Shown one piece after another: positions 8,669 to 18,694 of a stretch of DNA of 36,144 nucleotides (the first letter of the stretch is position 1; each line of letters starts with the position of its first letter). The stretch lies in the IMG/VR virus record IMGVR_UViG_3300015050_000775, positions 1 through 36,144 of that record; one strand, given 5' to 3'. The DNA comes from a virus. Its lineage: Duplodnaviria; Caudoviricetes. The notes under the pieces are model-generated. The model was not told where the DNA came from and made no database searches. It worked only from the letters and a program-made list of their open reading frames with translations. Position numbers and translations under genes: made by a program.

Positions 8669-9256
8669 TTATGCTGCTAATGCATCCAACTGAGCTTTTA
8701 CGGTCTCAATTGAGGTTGCGGGTTTATATAAATTTACCATGTCGTACAACGCACCGGACAGGGTAATTGCAACCCCTGTTGTGTCGGCCATTACTGTACC
8801 CTCGCCACCGCTTCCGGCAGTTACATTTAAACCCCTTTCCGGGCCTAAGTCTGCGGGATTAAATGGGTTTTGATCTAATCCGTAAGCCTTCAATTGGCCC
8901 GCCTCTGTTTCGATAATTACAAAGTATCTATCTCCAATGAGTAAGTCCTGAATTGATTTTTTTTGAGTCTGTGTTTTGTAAAACAACAACAGACTTACGG
9001 ATTGTGTAAATAGGTTACGATTTTCTGCCGGGGCCACTTCTGAGCCCGCAGTATTTTTGAATTGGATACCCTCAAACGTTGCCAACTTTTTACCCACTCC
9101 CAATGTCATGGTTAAAATTTCCCCAGGTGTACCCCAGGTCAATGTTGCAAGGTCCGGTTTTTGTCCGATCCAAACTTTTCCTTTTACGCCTCCAACCTTC
9201 TTAACTGCGTCACAATCCGCAGTTAAGTTGGTTAGGGCAAAACATGAACTATACAT
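8669..9256 (-). CDS. Putative major tail tube protein, paralog 1
   Basis: 195 aa directly after capsid gene; C...VGGV..V.I N-terminus resembles Bacteroidota siphovirus tube proteins. Confidence 0.65.
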   Translation of the reverse strand: MYSSCFALTNLTADCDAVKKVGGVKGKVWIGQKPDLATLTWGTPGEILTMTLGVGKKLATFEGIQFKNTAGSEVAPAENRNLFTQSVSLLLFYKTQTQKKSIQDLLIGDRYFVIIETEAGQLKAYGLDQNPFNPADLGPERGLNVTAGSGGEGTVMADTTGVAITLSGALYDMVNLYKPATSIETVKAQLDALAA

Positions 9257-9277
9257 ATTTGTTAGTTGTTGTTAATG

Positions 9278-10456
9278 TTACGCTGAATAAATTACAAACT
9301 CGTAAGCCTTCATAAATGCTGACTCCTGAGTATACGGGGCTTTAATAAACATGTCCTCGCTATCGTTAGCTAAAAAGTCCATTTTTACATTGCCTTCCGG
9401 GTTTGTAATGTCGCATCCCCAAATAAGGTTTTGACCAATCCCGGCAATCATAAAGTTTTCAGGTAGTGGCACAAACTCAATACGCACGTTATTGTATTTG
9501 TATTGCTCTCCGGTCACGGTAAACACGTCTCTAAACTGTGCATTTACGTTAAATGTGTTAATCATTTGCAAATGCGAGTAAGGCGCAAAAATAATCAACT
9601 CCCCGCTTGCAGTTGGTTGTAACAACTGAGGCAATAAAGCCGCGTAAAGTTTACCGTATTCTGTCGCAATGTTGGTTGACGTTGGCGCAACTCCAACCAC
9701 TTTTTTACGTCTCTTCGTTACCGAATAAGTCATAATTAATTTGGTTAAAATTCCGTCTATTTCGTCAGCACGTGCCGCCAAAATATACGCTTTCTCTGCT
9801 GCTCCAATTTCGTTTTGATTGGTTCCGGCCACTGCTGCGGTTGCTGTAACTACCGTTGCGGCTGTTGCTCCGTCCCAAAAACGCACTTGCATTAATTCAG
9901 ACTCTTTTTTACCGTACAACTCCAAAATCAAACGTTGGTACTCGTCTGAAACTTTAGGGAATGCGGTATTTGCCCCATTCTTTTTGCCCAGTCGCGACAA
10001 CAACACAGTGTTTGGTGTAAAACGGTCGTAAATCATAAATTGAAACGGCTGTAAAATCTTGTCAGCAAGTGCCAACCCGCCCGCAGCGTCTCCGCTTACT
10101 GGTGATGATTTATACGCCTGACTTACACGCGTAACGCTTGACTCAGTTAGGTACATTGATTGGTTAATGTTGTCCATTAATCGTACTAAACCTTTGTCAA
10201 TGGTTTTGTTTAAAAACAGGATCTCGTTGTGTATTTCCTCCGCAAACTCACCAGTGTATAACATTGGTGCATAAGTTAAGTTGTACGCAACTGCTTTGGG
10301 TAATTTAGGGAATGCAATTGACAGTGTGACCATGGCCACTACCGACAATCCAATACACACGTCCGGGTTTGCTCCGGTTGAGGCTGACGCCAGGCTACCA
10401 ATCGCAACAGCAATAAGGAGTGCGACAAGGTTGTTAAGGATGTTTTTGGTTTTCAT
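9278..10456 (-). CDS. Major capsid protein with hydrophobic N-terminal extension
   Basis: 392 aa, downstream of protease/scaffold; C-terminal beta pattern compatible with the HK97 fold; call is largely from synteny and size. Confidence 0.7.
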   Translation of the reverse strand: MKTKNILNNLVALLIAVAIGSLASASTGANPDVCIGLSVVAMVTLSIAFPKLPKAVAYNLTYAPMLYTGEFAEEIHNEILFLNKTIDKGLVRLMDNINQSMYLTESSVTRVSQAYKSSPVSGDAAGGLALADKILQPFQFMIYDRFTPNTVLLSRLGKKNGANTAFPKVSDEYQRLILELYGKKESELMQVRFWDGATAATVVTATAAVAGTNQNEIGAAEKAYILAARADEIDGILTKLIMTYSVTKRRKKVVGVAPTSTNIATEYGKLYAALLPQLLQPTASGELIIFAPYSHLQMINTFNVNAQFRDVFTVTGEQYKYNNVRIEFVPLPENFMIAGIGQNLIWGCDITNPEGNVKMDFLANDSEDMFIKAPYTQESAFMKAYEFVIYSA

Positions 10457-10815
10457 TATTGTTCTGTTGTTTGGTTTTCAATTGCTTTTGCTGCTGCTTC
10501 GGCTTCCGCCTGTGCTAACAGTTTGTCAAAGCCTTCACGATTAACCCCGTTTTTTGGGTATGCAAATTGCAGCTCGTCCAATCGCGCTTTGATTTTTGGG
10601 ATAGAGTCGTAAACCTCCCCGGCGTCTCCCGCTTCGCCTTTGGATTTTGGTGTAACTGGTTTTTTACCTTTGCCTGGCAACTCTTCAAACTCTTCCGGCG
10701 TTGCGCGGTCAGTGTCTAAAAGGAAATTTGCCAACTCGTCGGTAATTTCTCCGGTATATGTCGCGGCGGTAAATCCAAACGGGGACTTGCTCACGCCTTC
10801 TTTTAACTTTGCCAT
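10456..10815 (-). CDS. Hypothetical head-module protein
   Basis: 119 aa between protease and capsid genes; small helical C-terminal domain (IKARLDELQFAY). Confidence 0.6.
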   Translation of the reverse strand: MAKLKEGVSKSPFGFTAATYTGEITDELANFLLDTDRATPEEFEELPGKGKKPVTPKSKGEAGDAGEVYDSIPKIKARLDELQFAYPKNGVNREGFDKLLAQAEAEAAAKAIENQTTEQ

Positions 10816-10818
10816 TTC

Positions 10819-12006
10819 TTATACTCCTTTCGTTGCTGTGCGCAATTGTCTGCGAGTTTCTAAACTGGACTGAGGGGCTGTTTTTTCGCCGCCTTCTCCT
10901 CCACCTCCGCCGTTTCCTCCTGGATCCAACATTAGTGTTTTCAATTCGTCGTACTCTTTTTTGATAGCGTTGAGCGTTTTAACTGCGTCGTTTTTGGATG
11001 CAAGCATTTTTGCAACCTCTCCCTCTGCTTTTACTTTCGCTTCGTTTGCTGCGTTCAATTCCAGTGTTAAACGGTCAACAGTTGCCTTTAATGCTGTTGC
11101 GTCTTCGCCTGGTTCTGCTGCGGCTGCCGCTTCTTTTGGCACAATCTCAGTAATTTTACCGGCAACGGTTGTTACCTTACGGCCGTCTGACAATTCGTAT
11201 GTTTTGTCCTCTGCCGCAATAGTCATTGCTTCGTCAGTAAATACCGGGTCGTCAACCGCAATGTCTGCGGCTTCGGTTTGCACGTATAGACTGGTGTTAT
11301 CCGCCAGTGTCAACGCCATGTTTTTAATGGCTTGGGTCACTTTTGTTGCTGCTTTAAACAACAACTCCATACGTAACATCCATGCCTCCATTGCTTTTTT
11401 ATCCATGATCTCAATATTTGGTTTATGGGCTTTACAAAACGCCAGTGCCTTGCCCACTTTAAGTACACCGCCGTTAATAATTTCTGTTGCAAAACCTAAC
11501 TCAAAGAAACGGTCCGAAGTCATGGACGCGTCAGTTTTCATTTGCTCCGCTAACTCTTCACGCTTTGCGCCGGTTCTCTCAACGTATACGTCTAAAATTC
11601 TGTCCTCTTCTACTCTCAACCGGTCCGATAACGCGGCCAACTTGTCTGAGTCCATACTACCCAACATACATGCGTCAATCCATGGATTATGTATTAACGG
11701 AGTTGCATACTTTGAAACCTTGCGGACACTTCCGGCCAAATAAATTACCGTCGCAATGCTTGCACATTCGTATGCAATTGTTGTAATGTTTTTGCCTGAG
11801 TTAATCAACTGGTCGTAAATGTCAAATCCGCCGTCAACGTATCCGCCCGGGCTTCTTATTTCAATTACAATCTCGTTGTCGTTGGGGTCCATGGTTGACA
11901 AAAACGCCCGCATGTCTGACGCGCTGAAACATTTGGACTCAACGCCCATTGCCTCTAAAAACTCGTCATGCTCTCCAATGTATCCCTCAATGTATAAAAC
12001 TGCCAT
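10819..12006 (-). CDS. ClpP-like head maturation protease fused to scaffold
   Basis: IRSPGGYVDGG, CASIATVI, LIHNPW, ELGFATEI; acidic coiled-coil C-terminal half. Confidence 0.92.
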   Translation of the reverse strand: MAVLYIEGYIGEHDEFLEAMGVESKCFSASDMRAFLSTMDPNDNEIVIEIRSPGGYVDGGFDIYDQLINSGKNITTIAYECASIATVIYLAGSVRKVSKYATPLIHNPWIDACMLGSMDSDKLAALSDRLRVEEDRILDVYVERTGAKREELAEQMKTDASMTSDRFFELGFATEIINGGVLKVGKALAFCKAHKPNIEIMDKKAMEAWMLRMELLFKAATKVTQAIKNMALTLADNTSLYVQTEAADIAVDDPVFTDEAMTIAAEDKTYELSDGRKVTTVAGKITEIVPKEAAAAAEPGEDATALKATVDRLTLELNAANEAKVKAEGEVAKMLASKNDAVKTLNAIKKEYDELKTLMLDPGGNGGGGGEGGEKTAPQSSLETRRQLRTATKGV

Positions 12007-12029
12007 TACATAAAAATTTTATTTCACCC

Positions 12030-12061
12030 TTGTTAAAGTGCCTCGAAATTATTTACATTTG
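12030..12061 (+). promoter_or_regulatory. Bacteroidota-type promoter for the RHH gene
   Basis: TTG (12030-32), 21-nt spacer, TACATTTG (12054-61). Confidence 0.7.
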
Positions 12062-12096
12062 AGACGAGGTATTACAAAAGGTACCCTTTTTAAAAT

Positions 12097-12270
12097 ATGC
12101 CGTTAAAAAAGCCCTCAGACTTCAGAGTTTTCAAAGTGAATAACACCCCGTCAACTCTTAAAGCAGAGTTTAAAACAGCCTGCCGTAAAAATGATACCTC
12201 AATGACTAAGGCAATCCATTCCTTTATGCGGCAGACTGTTGCAGCCTCTAAGACGTCAAAGAAAATTTAA
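12097..12270 (+). CDS. Ribbon-helix-helix (Arc/ParG/CopG-like) DNA-binding protein, 57 aa, not in ORF track
   Basis: MPLKKPSDFRVFKVNNTPSTLKAEFKTACRKNDTSMTKAIHSFMRQTVAASKTSKKI; own promoter; stop overlaps the tape-measure stop in TTAA. Confidence 0.8.
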   Translation: MPLKKPSDFRVFKVNNTPSTLKAEFKTACRKNDTSMTKAIHSFMRQTVAASKTSKKI

Positions 12271-14648
12271 CCCAACTCTGACGCCCTAACCGTTTTGTCG
12301 TAATCGTTTTGGGCTTTGTTTAAGTCCGTAATTCTCACCACTGGCGCAGGTATATTTTTTACCATTTCTTTTACATTAAACGCATTGTTTACGCTGCTGC
12401 TCATGCTTGAAACGGCCGCTCCTCCGTCTGCGTATACTGTGCCGCCTCCGGCCAATGCCATTAAATTTGATTTTGGGTTTACAACCGTTTTGCCTTTTGC
12501 TCCTATTGGCTCAACTGTTATTTTTTCCCTGCCCCCTGGATTGTCACCCACAAGCATCATTGTTGGCCCTTTGGTCATAAACTCCCCTCCTCCTGCTGCT
12601 GCGCCTCCAATAATATTTTTTGCGGATCCTATTGCAGTAAGTATTTGAGTAAGACCGGCCGCGTACTTTACAAATCCGGCAATACCTCCCGTTAATAAGT
12701 TGTCCGGGCTTGGTGCGCTCGTTGTTGCCACTAAGTTACCAATTGCGGTACCTAAGTTTATACCAACATTTGTGAGTGCAATAGCTTTTTGCAACTCCCC
12801 TCCTTGCTCTGCTGCTGTTGCAAATGCACTTATCAATTGTTGTGCAGAGTTTGCAACGGCTGTTGCGCTTGCAATGTCTGCCTCGTTGAGTTTTTGTTTC
12901 TCCTCAACCTCATTCTTTTTTATTGCTAACTTATTCTGTGCCGCCTCTAACTCCAACGCAGTTGTTGAGTTGCCCCGTTGCTTCTCTAACTCTATTTCCT
13001 TTTGTGTCCGGTCCTGCGCTAATTGCAAAACGGCATTGTCAAACTCTGCCTGTTTTGTTTTCCCTGCCTCCAACGCATTGGTTTGTTTTGTTAGTTGCTC
13101 ATTATACCAGTCCTGTAATGCCTGATCCTCCGCCTCTCTCCTTTTTTTCAGTCCGTCAAAGTATTGTTTTGACTCGTCCGCTTGTGCCTTCTGCCCGTCC
13201 GTTATAAATTTCTCCATTTCGTCCTGTTGCTTTTTGGCAAAGTCTGCGGCCTCTTTTAATGCTTTCTCCCGTTTCTCCCTCTCCTGGTCAACCAACTGGT
13301 CGCGTCTGTTCTGCAATTTTTCTTGCAGGTTTATGCTATCCGTTTCCAGTTTAGTAATTGCGGCTCTCATTTCCGTAAGGCGTTTAATTTCCTTGCCGTC
13401 CAGTTGCCCGGCCTTCGCTTCTATTTCCTCCCGCCCTTCAGCGTTTCGCATTAGTAATTCCAACTCCTTATTTGACAACCCACTTTTTAACGCGTATTGC
13501 TCCAATGCAATCCTGTACTCCTCCTCCGCAAGTTTTTTGTTTTGCTCAAAGTTGGCGCGCTCAATGTCTCCGGCCTCTTTAATAAGTTTGAGCCTGGCAC
13601 TTTCTGAGAGTGTGCGGTTTTTAGACTGAAGTAATAAACGGCCAATTTGTTGCTCCGCTTCTGCATTTAATAATATTTGCGCGGTTTGTTGGTCCTCTAA
13701 GTCCTGCAATGCTGCTGTCAATTGAGCTGCTTGTTTTGCGGCGTCAACCATTTCGTTACCCATTCCGTCAAATGAATGTTTAACCGTGTCTGCACCTGCT
13801 GCCAATCTATCAAACGAATGCGCTGCCGTGTCTGCGGCTTTGTTCCAGTCTCCTGTTGCAAATTGCCCAATTGCTTTCCATAAATTTAATACCCCTTCAA
13901 AGTATCCAATTACTACCTCTAAAGCCCCTTTGCCCAATCCAATTAAACGGTTTGTAAATACATCCACCACGGCACCCAATGCCGCTAACCCTTGCTCCAC
14001 CTTGTCAACCAATGGGTCAAATTTTTGGAATGCTGCAATGATCCCGGTTACGGCCAATAATAACACGCCAATTGCCGACGCTTTTATTACACCGTCAAAC
14101 CCACTAAAACCCGCCTTTGTAATGTCAACTCCTTTTTTGGCTTGCTCCAATCCCGCTTTTACCTGGTTCATGTTTACGCCAAATATTTTAAGGTCTCCGG
14201 CGGCCGCAACAATCCCCTCCCGGTATTGTCCTATCCCTATTTTTTGCTGTTGGTATGCGTCAACATTGGTCTTTATAAACTTGTTGTTTTTATCAATCTC
14301 CGCGTTTAATAATGCCTGCTTTTTCGCTCCCTCTTCCGTGGTTATGTCCAGGCTGTTGCGCTCTTTGGTCAACAGTCTGACGTTGGCCCGGGCTTGGTCA
14401 ATGCTTTTAATTTCCTTGGTACGCGTAACAATGGAGTCGTCAATTGTTTTGTTTAATCCTTGTTGCTCTTTTTTCAACGCACGAATTGAGGCGGCGTTTT
14501 CTGCATACGCAATGCTCCCCTCTTCGGTTGCTGTGTCTAACTCTCCCTGTTTTGCAATAAGCCGGTCCAACTCTTTGCTCAGGTCAACAGAGTCCTTTAT
14601 TGCTTGCTCCTGGTCAATTTCAAACCTAAAAATTATATCCTCTTCCAT
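12267..14648 (-). CDS. Tape measure protein
   Basis: 793 aa, Ala/Glu/Lys-rich coiled coil with hydrophobic stretches (IGVLLLAVTGIIAAF) and C-terminal A.GG motifs. Confidence 0.9.
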   Translation of the reverse strand: MEEDIIFRFEIDQEQAIKDSVDLSKELDRLIAKQGELDTATEEGSIAYAENAASIRALKKEQQGLNKTIDDSIVTRTKEIKSIDQARANVRLLTKERNSLDITTEEGAKKQALLNAEIDKNNKFIKTNVDAYQQQKIGIGQYREGIVAAAGDLKIFGVNMNQVKAGLEQAKKGVDITKAGFSGFDGVIKASAIGVLLLAVTGIIAAFQKFDPLVDKVEQGLAALGAVVDVFTNRLIGLGKGALEVVIGYFEGVLNLWKAIGQFATGDWNKAADTAAHSFDRLAAGADTVKHSFDGMGNEMVDAAKQAAQLTAALQDLEDQQTAQILLNAEAEQQIGRLLLQSKNRTLSESARLKLIKEAGDIERANFEQNKKLAEEEYRIALEQYALKSGLSNKELELLMRNAEGREEIEAKAGQLDGKEIKRLTEMRAAITKLETDSINLQEKLQNRRDQLVDQEREKREKALKEAADFAKKQQDEMEKFITDGQKAQADESKQYFDGLKKRREAEDQALQDWYNEQLTKQTNALEAGKTKQAEFDNAVLQLAQDRTQKEIELEKQRGNSTTALELEAAQNKLAIKKNEVEEKQKLNEADIASATAVANSAQQLISAFATAAEQGGELQKAIALTNVGINLGTAIGNLVATTSAPSPDNLLTGGIAGFVKYAAGLTQILTAIGSAKNIIGGAAAGGGEFMTKGPTMMLVGDNPGGREKITVEPIGAKGKTVVNPKSNLMALAGGGTVYADGGAAVSSMSSSVNNAFNVKEMVKNIPAPVVRITDLNKAQNDYDKTVRASELG

Positions 14649-16579
14649 TATGTTGATTTTATTAAACGTACTAACTCAACGTCCGTGCTTGCCTGGTCAG
14701 AGACAAATTGTTTAACGTCATTCCAATAAAAATACCCTTTAATATGATTGTCTCCACTCATTACGTCAATGTAAATGGGTGCGTTAAATGATAACCCAAA
14801 CTCAAAGTCAGACGACAATTGCGCAATGTGCAGCGCGTTTAATCGTATTGGTATGGTAAATATCCTTTGGTCTTTTATAATGTCCCCTGCCTCACTATAA
14901 CGCCCCGGTATTATTGACGTATCAAACCTCAACTCCTCAAACCTGTACTGTGCATTTGTTGACAATGGAGGCATAAGAGACGACGACAATATTATTGACG
15001 CGTCAATTGTTATGGTCGCAATACGTGGAATGGATTTTTTGCGCGGTGCCCTTATGTTTATAATTGCCAGGTCCGGGTTACTTCCTAAGAAAAACACCGG
15101 CGCAAACTTACTCTCGTATACATTTGTCTCCTCCGGCAATGATCCTTTGTTTATTTCAATATACCCGTCTCCATAAAACGCCGTGCCCTCTGCGTCTTCT
15201 GCATTCCTAAACCAATTTTTCTTTGCATAATCCCCAAATGAGTAATTTATTTTAACAGGTTTCGACGTGTCAATAAACTTGCTCATGTCTATTGCCTTCG
15301 GCGTGTTTACGTACAAGTCCGAAAACTTGTTAAGTGTTATTGTTTTTGTGTAAATGTCACTCGTTGCAATAATTCCAAACCGGTTAAACACTTCTGTTAA
15401 AAAGTCTTTTTGCTTTACCCCTTCAGGTACCGCCTGACTCATAATTACATTTGCACCAGGAAACGTTTGACTAAATGCGTCATAATCCCGCGACGCTAAA
15501 ATATCAAGGTTTGCGCTCATGGTGTCTATTTGATCCGTAAAAAACAAACCTCCTGCCACAAATTGAATAACGCAACCCTGGCCCGCTTCAATTACTGGCG
15601 TGAAAAAATCAAAATTTATTGTTTGTGTCCCTGGTACTATTGTCAAAACCTGTGACCAAATCATTGCCAACGTGCCCGTTTTTAAAACAAACATTTCCAA
15701 CGTCCTATTTGCCGGTGCGCTTAGTGTTAACGTAACCTCTGCCCTGAAAAAATAACCGCCTCCCTGTACTGGTGTAAACTTTCCAACTCCTGAACCGCCA
15801 ACCGTTACCATGTGCAAACTATCCGCAACCGGAGTGCCCATGCCTAACGCGCTTGTTGCCTCTGCCCCGTCTATCAAAACAACTCCCGCCAAATCTAATG
15901 CGCAATCATCCACAACCGTTAACGGGTTGTCATAACTTGCAGGCGTAAACATCCTCATGTTTGTAAACGGCAAAACTGTTTTTAAAAACAATGGATCCGT
16001 CAACAACGTTCCTTTTACCGTCCACCCAATTGACGACACAATTTTTGATAAATAGTACGGAAAATAAATACACGGGTAAAAATCGAATATACTGTACGGG
16101 TCTCCCGGGTTTGCAATGGCTCCATAATTACAATTTGCATAAACAAACCCTGCCGTGTGGTCGTTTTGCCTATTGCCGTTAACAACTACATTTGAAAACG
16201 TATGTGATATGTCCGTATAATCCAACTCACTTAACAGTTTGTCACCAACCAGGCTAAACCACTCTGAGTTTCCCGATAAAATATTTATGTTTATTACGTC
16301 CGTAATGTCAATCAATTCCACAAACCCGGTATTGTATAGCGCGCCGTTGTCAAATAGTTCCGCCTTTGCTGCTGTGGCGTTAAATTCGGACGCGCTTGTT
16401 ACCTGGTTAATGTTTCCAACAATCAAAAGATTTTTTTGCGTTAACGGCAGCTCAATTTTATTTGTACGCGCACCTGACCGGGTTTTTATATCCTGCATTT
16501 TATTGGCAGCAACGGACAACGCTATTACTGTCCGGCTGTCAATGTCTGCCCTGGTTCCGTTTATGTATAATTCCTTCAT
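14648..16579 (-). CDS. Tail tip/hub protein
   Basis: 643 aa; MKELYING..D start, KQKDFLTEVFNRFG; adjacent to tape measure. Confidence 0.7.
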   Translation of the reverse strand: MKELYINGTRADIDSRTVIALSVAANKMQDIKTRSGARTNKIELPLTQKNLLIVGNINQVTSASEFNATAAKAELFDNGALYNTGFVELIDITDVININILSGNSEWFSLVGDKLLSELDYTDISHTFSNVVVNGNRQNDHTAGFVYANCNYGAIANPGDPYSIFDFYPCIYFPYYLSKIVSSIGWTVKGTLLTDPLFLKTVLPFTNMRMFTPASYDNPLTVVDDCALDLAGVVLIDGAEATSALGMGTPVADSLHMVTVGGSGVGKFTPVQGGGYFFRAEVTLTLSAPANRTLEMFVLKTGTLAMIWSQVLTIVPGTQTINFDFFTPVIEAGQGCVIQFVAGGLFFTDQIDTMSANLDILASRDYDAFSQTFPGANVIMSQAVPEGVKQKDFLTEVFNRFGIIATSDIYTKTITLNKFSDLYVNTPKAIDMSKFIDTSKPVKINYSFGDYAKKNWFRNAEDAEGTAFYGDGYIEINKGSLPEETNVYESKFAPVFFLGSNPDLAIINIRAPRKKSIPRIATITIDASIILSSSLMPPLSTNAQYRFEELRFDTSIIPGRYSEAGDIIKDQRIFTIPIRLNALHIAQLSSDFEFGLSFNAPIYIDVMSGDNHIKGYFYWNDVKQFVSDQASTDVELVRLIKST

Positions 16580-16583
16580 ACCT

Positions 16584-17501
16584 TTATTGATTTTGGATTA
16601 ACTCAGGTATTGCATAATTGAATTTAAACGCAAACGTGTAAAAACGGTCCGTGGTCTTCCTGTTATAAAATGATCCTGGCACAATTAAAATAGCCTGGTA
16701 ACTTGTTGTATCCGATATGTCACCACATACCCACGCCTGTATACTGTTTTTAAGGCTCCTTAGTGTCGTTAAGTGTTCGACCGGTATGTTTTCCTGTACT
16801 ATGTCTATTGCGTCCGATATGCGGCCCCGTGTAAAGTATCTGCGCTCCCTTGCTGAGTTGTCCCATGTTTCCCCGTCTTCCTGGTCCGTGGTGTACTCTT
16901 TTGGTTGGTTGAATACATACGACTGCCTGCCGCCTTCTTTGTTTACCCAAACAATGCCCAACGGCTCTTTTGGGCATTCTGTAAAGTTTAAGTGCGTTGG
17001 GTTTCCGCATGTGGCAATGGTAATGTTTATTGTTATTTTAACCCCTTCGTTGTACTCCAACTCAACCGCTCCGCTCTCTGCTTCGTCTGTTGTAACAGTT
17101 AAAAGCCCCGTTGGACTTACTGTTACCCCTATGACCGGCACAATTAACGCCCAATCTGTATACGTTTCCCCTGTGTTAAATTGCAACTGTTGTGTTTGCT
17201 CTGTGCCTCCCAATCCGCAAAACGTAAACGAAGACTCCAAAAGTTTTTTCTCACAGTCAATCATTGCAAATCTTACGGCAAACGTTTCCGTGATCTCTCC
17301 AACAATATACTGTACGGTTATGGTATAAATACCAACTGGCAAATCATTACTGGCAACCGTTATCTGTCCGGCTCCGTCAATCGTTGCGCCTATTGAGTCC
17401 GCAATAATGGTAAACCCTGTTGCTCCACCAGGATAAACCAACCCGTCAATTACAAATATTTCCGGCGGGTTTGCTTCGTTTGATTTACAAATTTTTTCCA
17501 T
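16584..17501 (-). CDS. Putative distal tail protein with N-terminal Ig-like domains
   Basis: W.N..GG...Y.F motif in C-terminal domain; repeats ATIDGAGQITV / VTVSPTGLLTV. Confidence 0.6.
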   Translation of the reverse strand: MEKICKSNEANPPEIFVIDGLVYPGGATGFTIIADSIGATIDGAGQITVASNDLPVGIYTITVQYIVGEITETFAVRFAMIDCEKKLLESSFTFCGLGGTEQTQQLQFNTGETYTDWALIVPVIGVTVSPTGLLTVTTDEAESGAVELEYNEGVKITINITIATCGNPTHLNFTECPKEPLGIVWVNKEGGRQSYVFNQPKEYTTDQEDGETWDNSARERRYFTRGRISDAIDIVQENIPVEHLTTLRSLKNSIQAWVCGDISDTTSYQAILIVPGSFYNRKTTDRFYTFAFKFNYAIPELIQNQ

Positions 17502-18184
17502 TATGCCAATACTGTTATAATTTTATTACCTACTATCTGCGAAAACATTGACTGACTACCATTAAACGTTTCCATTGGCCCAACCCTCAACGCTGTTGTT
17601 ACTGGCGGGTTTACCAACGTTGAATACGCACTATTTAAAACCCCTTTTAATTCAAACTCCGCGCCGTCATACAACAGCGTTAAACGGTATTGTATGTATA
17701 ACTCCTTGTCGTTTGTCTCCCCTTCTGATATATTGGGCGGCACCCCTATGTTTTGAAACGCTTTTTGTATGTACCCTTGGACGTCAAACGTGTACTTGCC
17801 GTCCCTGTATATTGCGTAAAACATACCAAACGTTGTAAACGACTCTCCCAAACTCAACCTGGCTGTCTCAATCCGTATTTTCATTGGCTGCTCAAATAAT
17901 ACGTAAACAGGACGCGACGAAAGCCCGGCCGTTAACGGTATGTCCGTCCGCACCTCTGATCCAACAATCTGCGTAACCTGCCCAACAACCACCTGCGTAC
18001 CATTAAAAAAACTAATGTAATTAGCCAGTCCGAAGTTTACCACTCCGGCACCTGCTGTAATCCTTGCCAATCCCCCAACGGATGTAATTACATAACTGCC
18101 CTTGTGGTCTCCCATTCTAAAGGCAAATATATTAGGCTCGTATGCCGACACCCATAGGTTTGGCCATTGCAATATATCAATCAT
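17501..18184 (-). CDS. Putative tail structural protein
   Basis: 227 aa, beta-rich; SAYEPNIF and YTFDVQGYIQ; in tail operon. Confidence 0.55.
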   Translation of the reverse strand: MIDILQWPNLWVSAYEPNIFAFRMGDHKGSYVITSVGGLARITAGAGVVNFGLANYISFFNGTQVVVGQVTQIVGSEVRTDIPLTAGLSSRPVYVLFEQPMKIRIETARLSLGESFTTFGMFYAIYRDGKYTFDVQGYIQKAFQNIGVPPNISEGETNDKELYIQYRLTLLYDGAEFELKGVLNSAYSTLVNPPVTTALRVGPMETFNGSQSMFSQIVGNKIITVLA

Positions 18185-18691
18185 TTATGCTCTCATTTTA
18201 CTTGGTACTCCATTTAAAAACATACTCTTAACCATGGTTAGGTATGCAAACTTTAACGCCTCCTCAATCTCAATCAACAGATTGGTGTTTATTACGTCGG
18301 CAAATAAACCGGAGTCATTGCCCCCGTATTTTTGGTAAATGGTTGTCCCATTCCTTGCAATTGCCCTTGCAATCAAAAACGCCAGGCTCTCCCGGCTTAT
18401 TCCGTCATACGATACAATCCCCTTTGCGTCTATCCATTGGAGTATTGCAGATATTGGCGGCGCGCCTCCCGGCTTTCTCCCCTTCTGTAAAAATGCCTCA
18501 TAGCCCAATGCGTAAATCGTTAACGAGTTATCCGTAACCTCGTACCGTATTGAGTTAACGAGGTTGTGCGTTGCTACACTTGGACCGTACCCGGTCAGGT
18601 CTTTTGTGAGAATTGCATTTTTGCACTCCTCAACCAACCGCGCCCCAAATTGTTCCAACGCTTCCCTGGTTCCTATGTGCGGTACAATCAT
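18185..18691 (-). CDS. Putative tail completion/neck protein
   Basis: LVNSIRYEV, GRKPGGAPPISAILQWIDAKGI, AFLIARAIARNGT. Confidence 0.7.
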   Translation of the reverse strand: MIVPHIGTREALEQFGARLVEECKNAILTKDLTGYGPSVATHNLVNSIRYEVTDNSLTIYALGYEAFLQKGRKPGGAPPISAILQWIDAKGIVSYDGISRESLAFLIARAIARNGTTIYQKYGGNDSGLFADVINTNLLIEIEEALKFAYLTMVKSMFLNGVPSKMRA

Positions 18692-18694
18692 TGG

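Noticed and set aside
10961-14715. Long plus-strand ORFs (e.g. 10961..11743, 13786..14715)
   Set aside because: Ser/Ala/Phe-rich antisense shadows of well-supported minus-strand genes; the same applies to 25871..26620 and other plus-strand ORFs in the track
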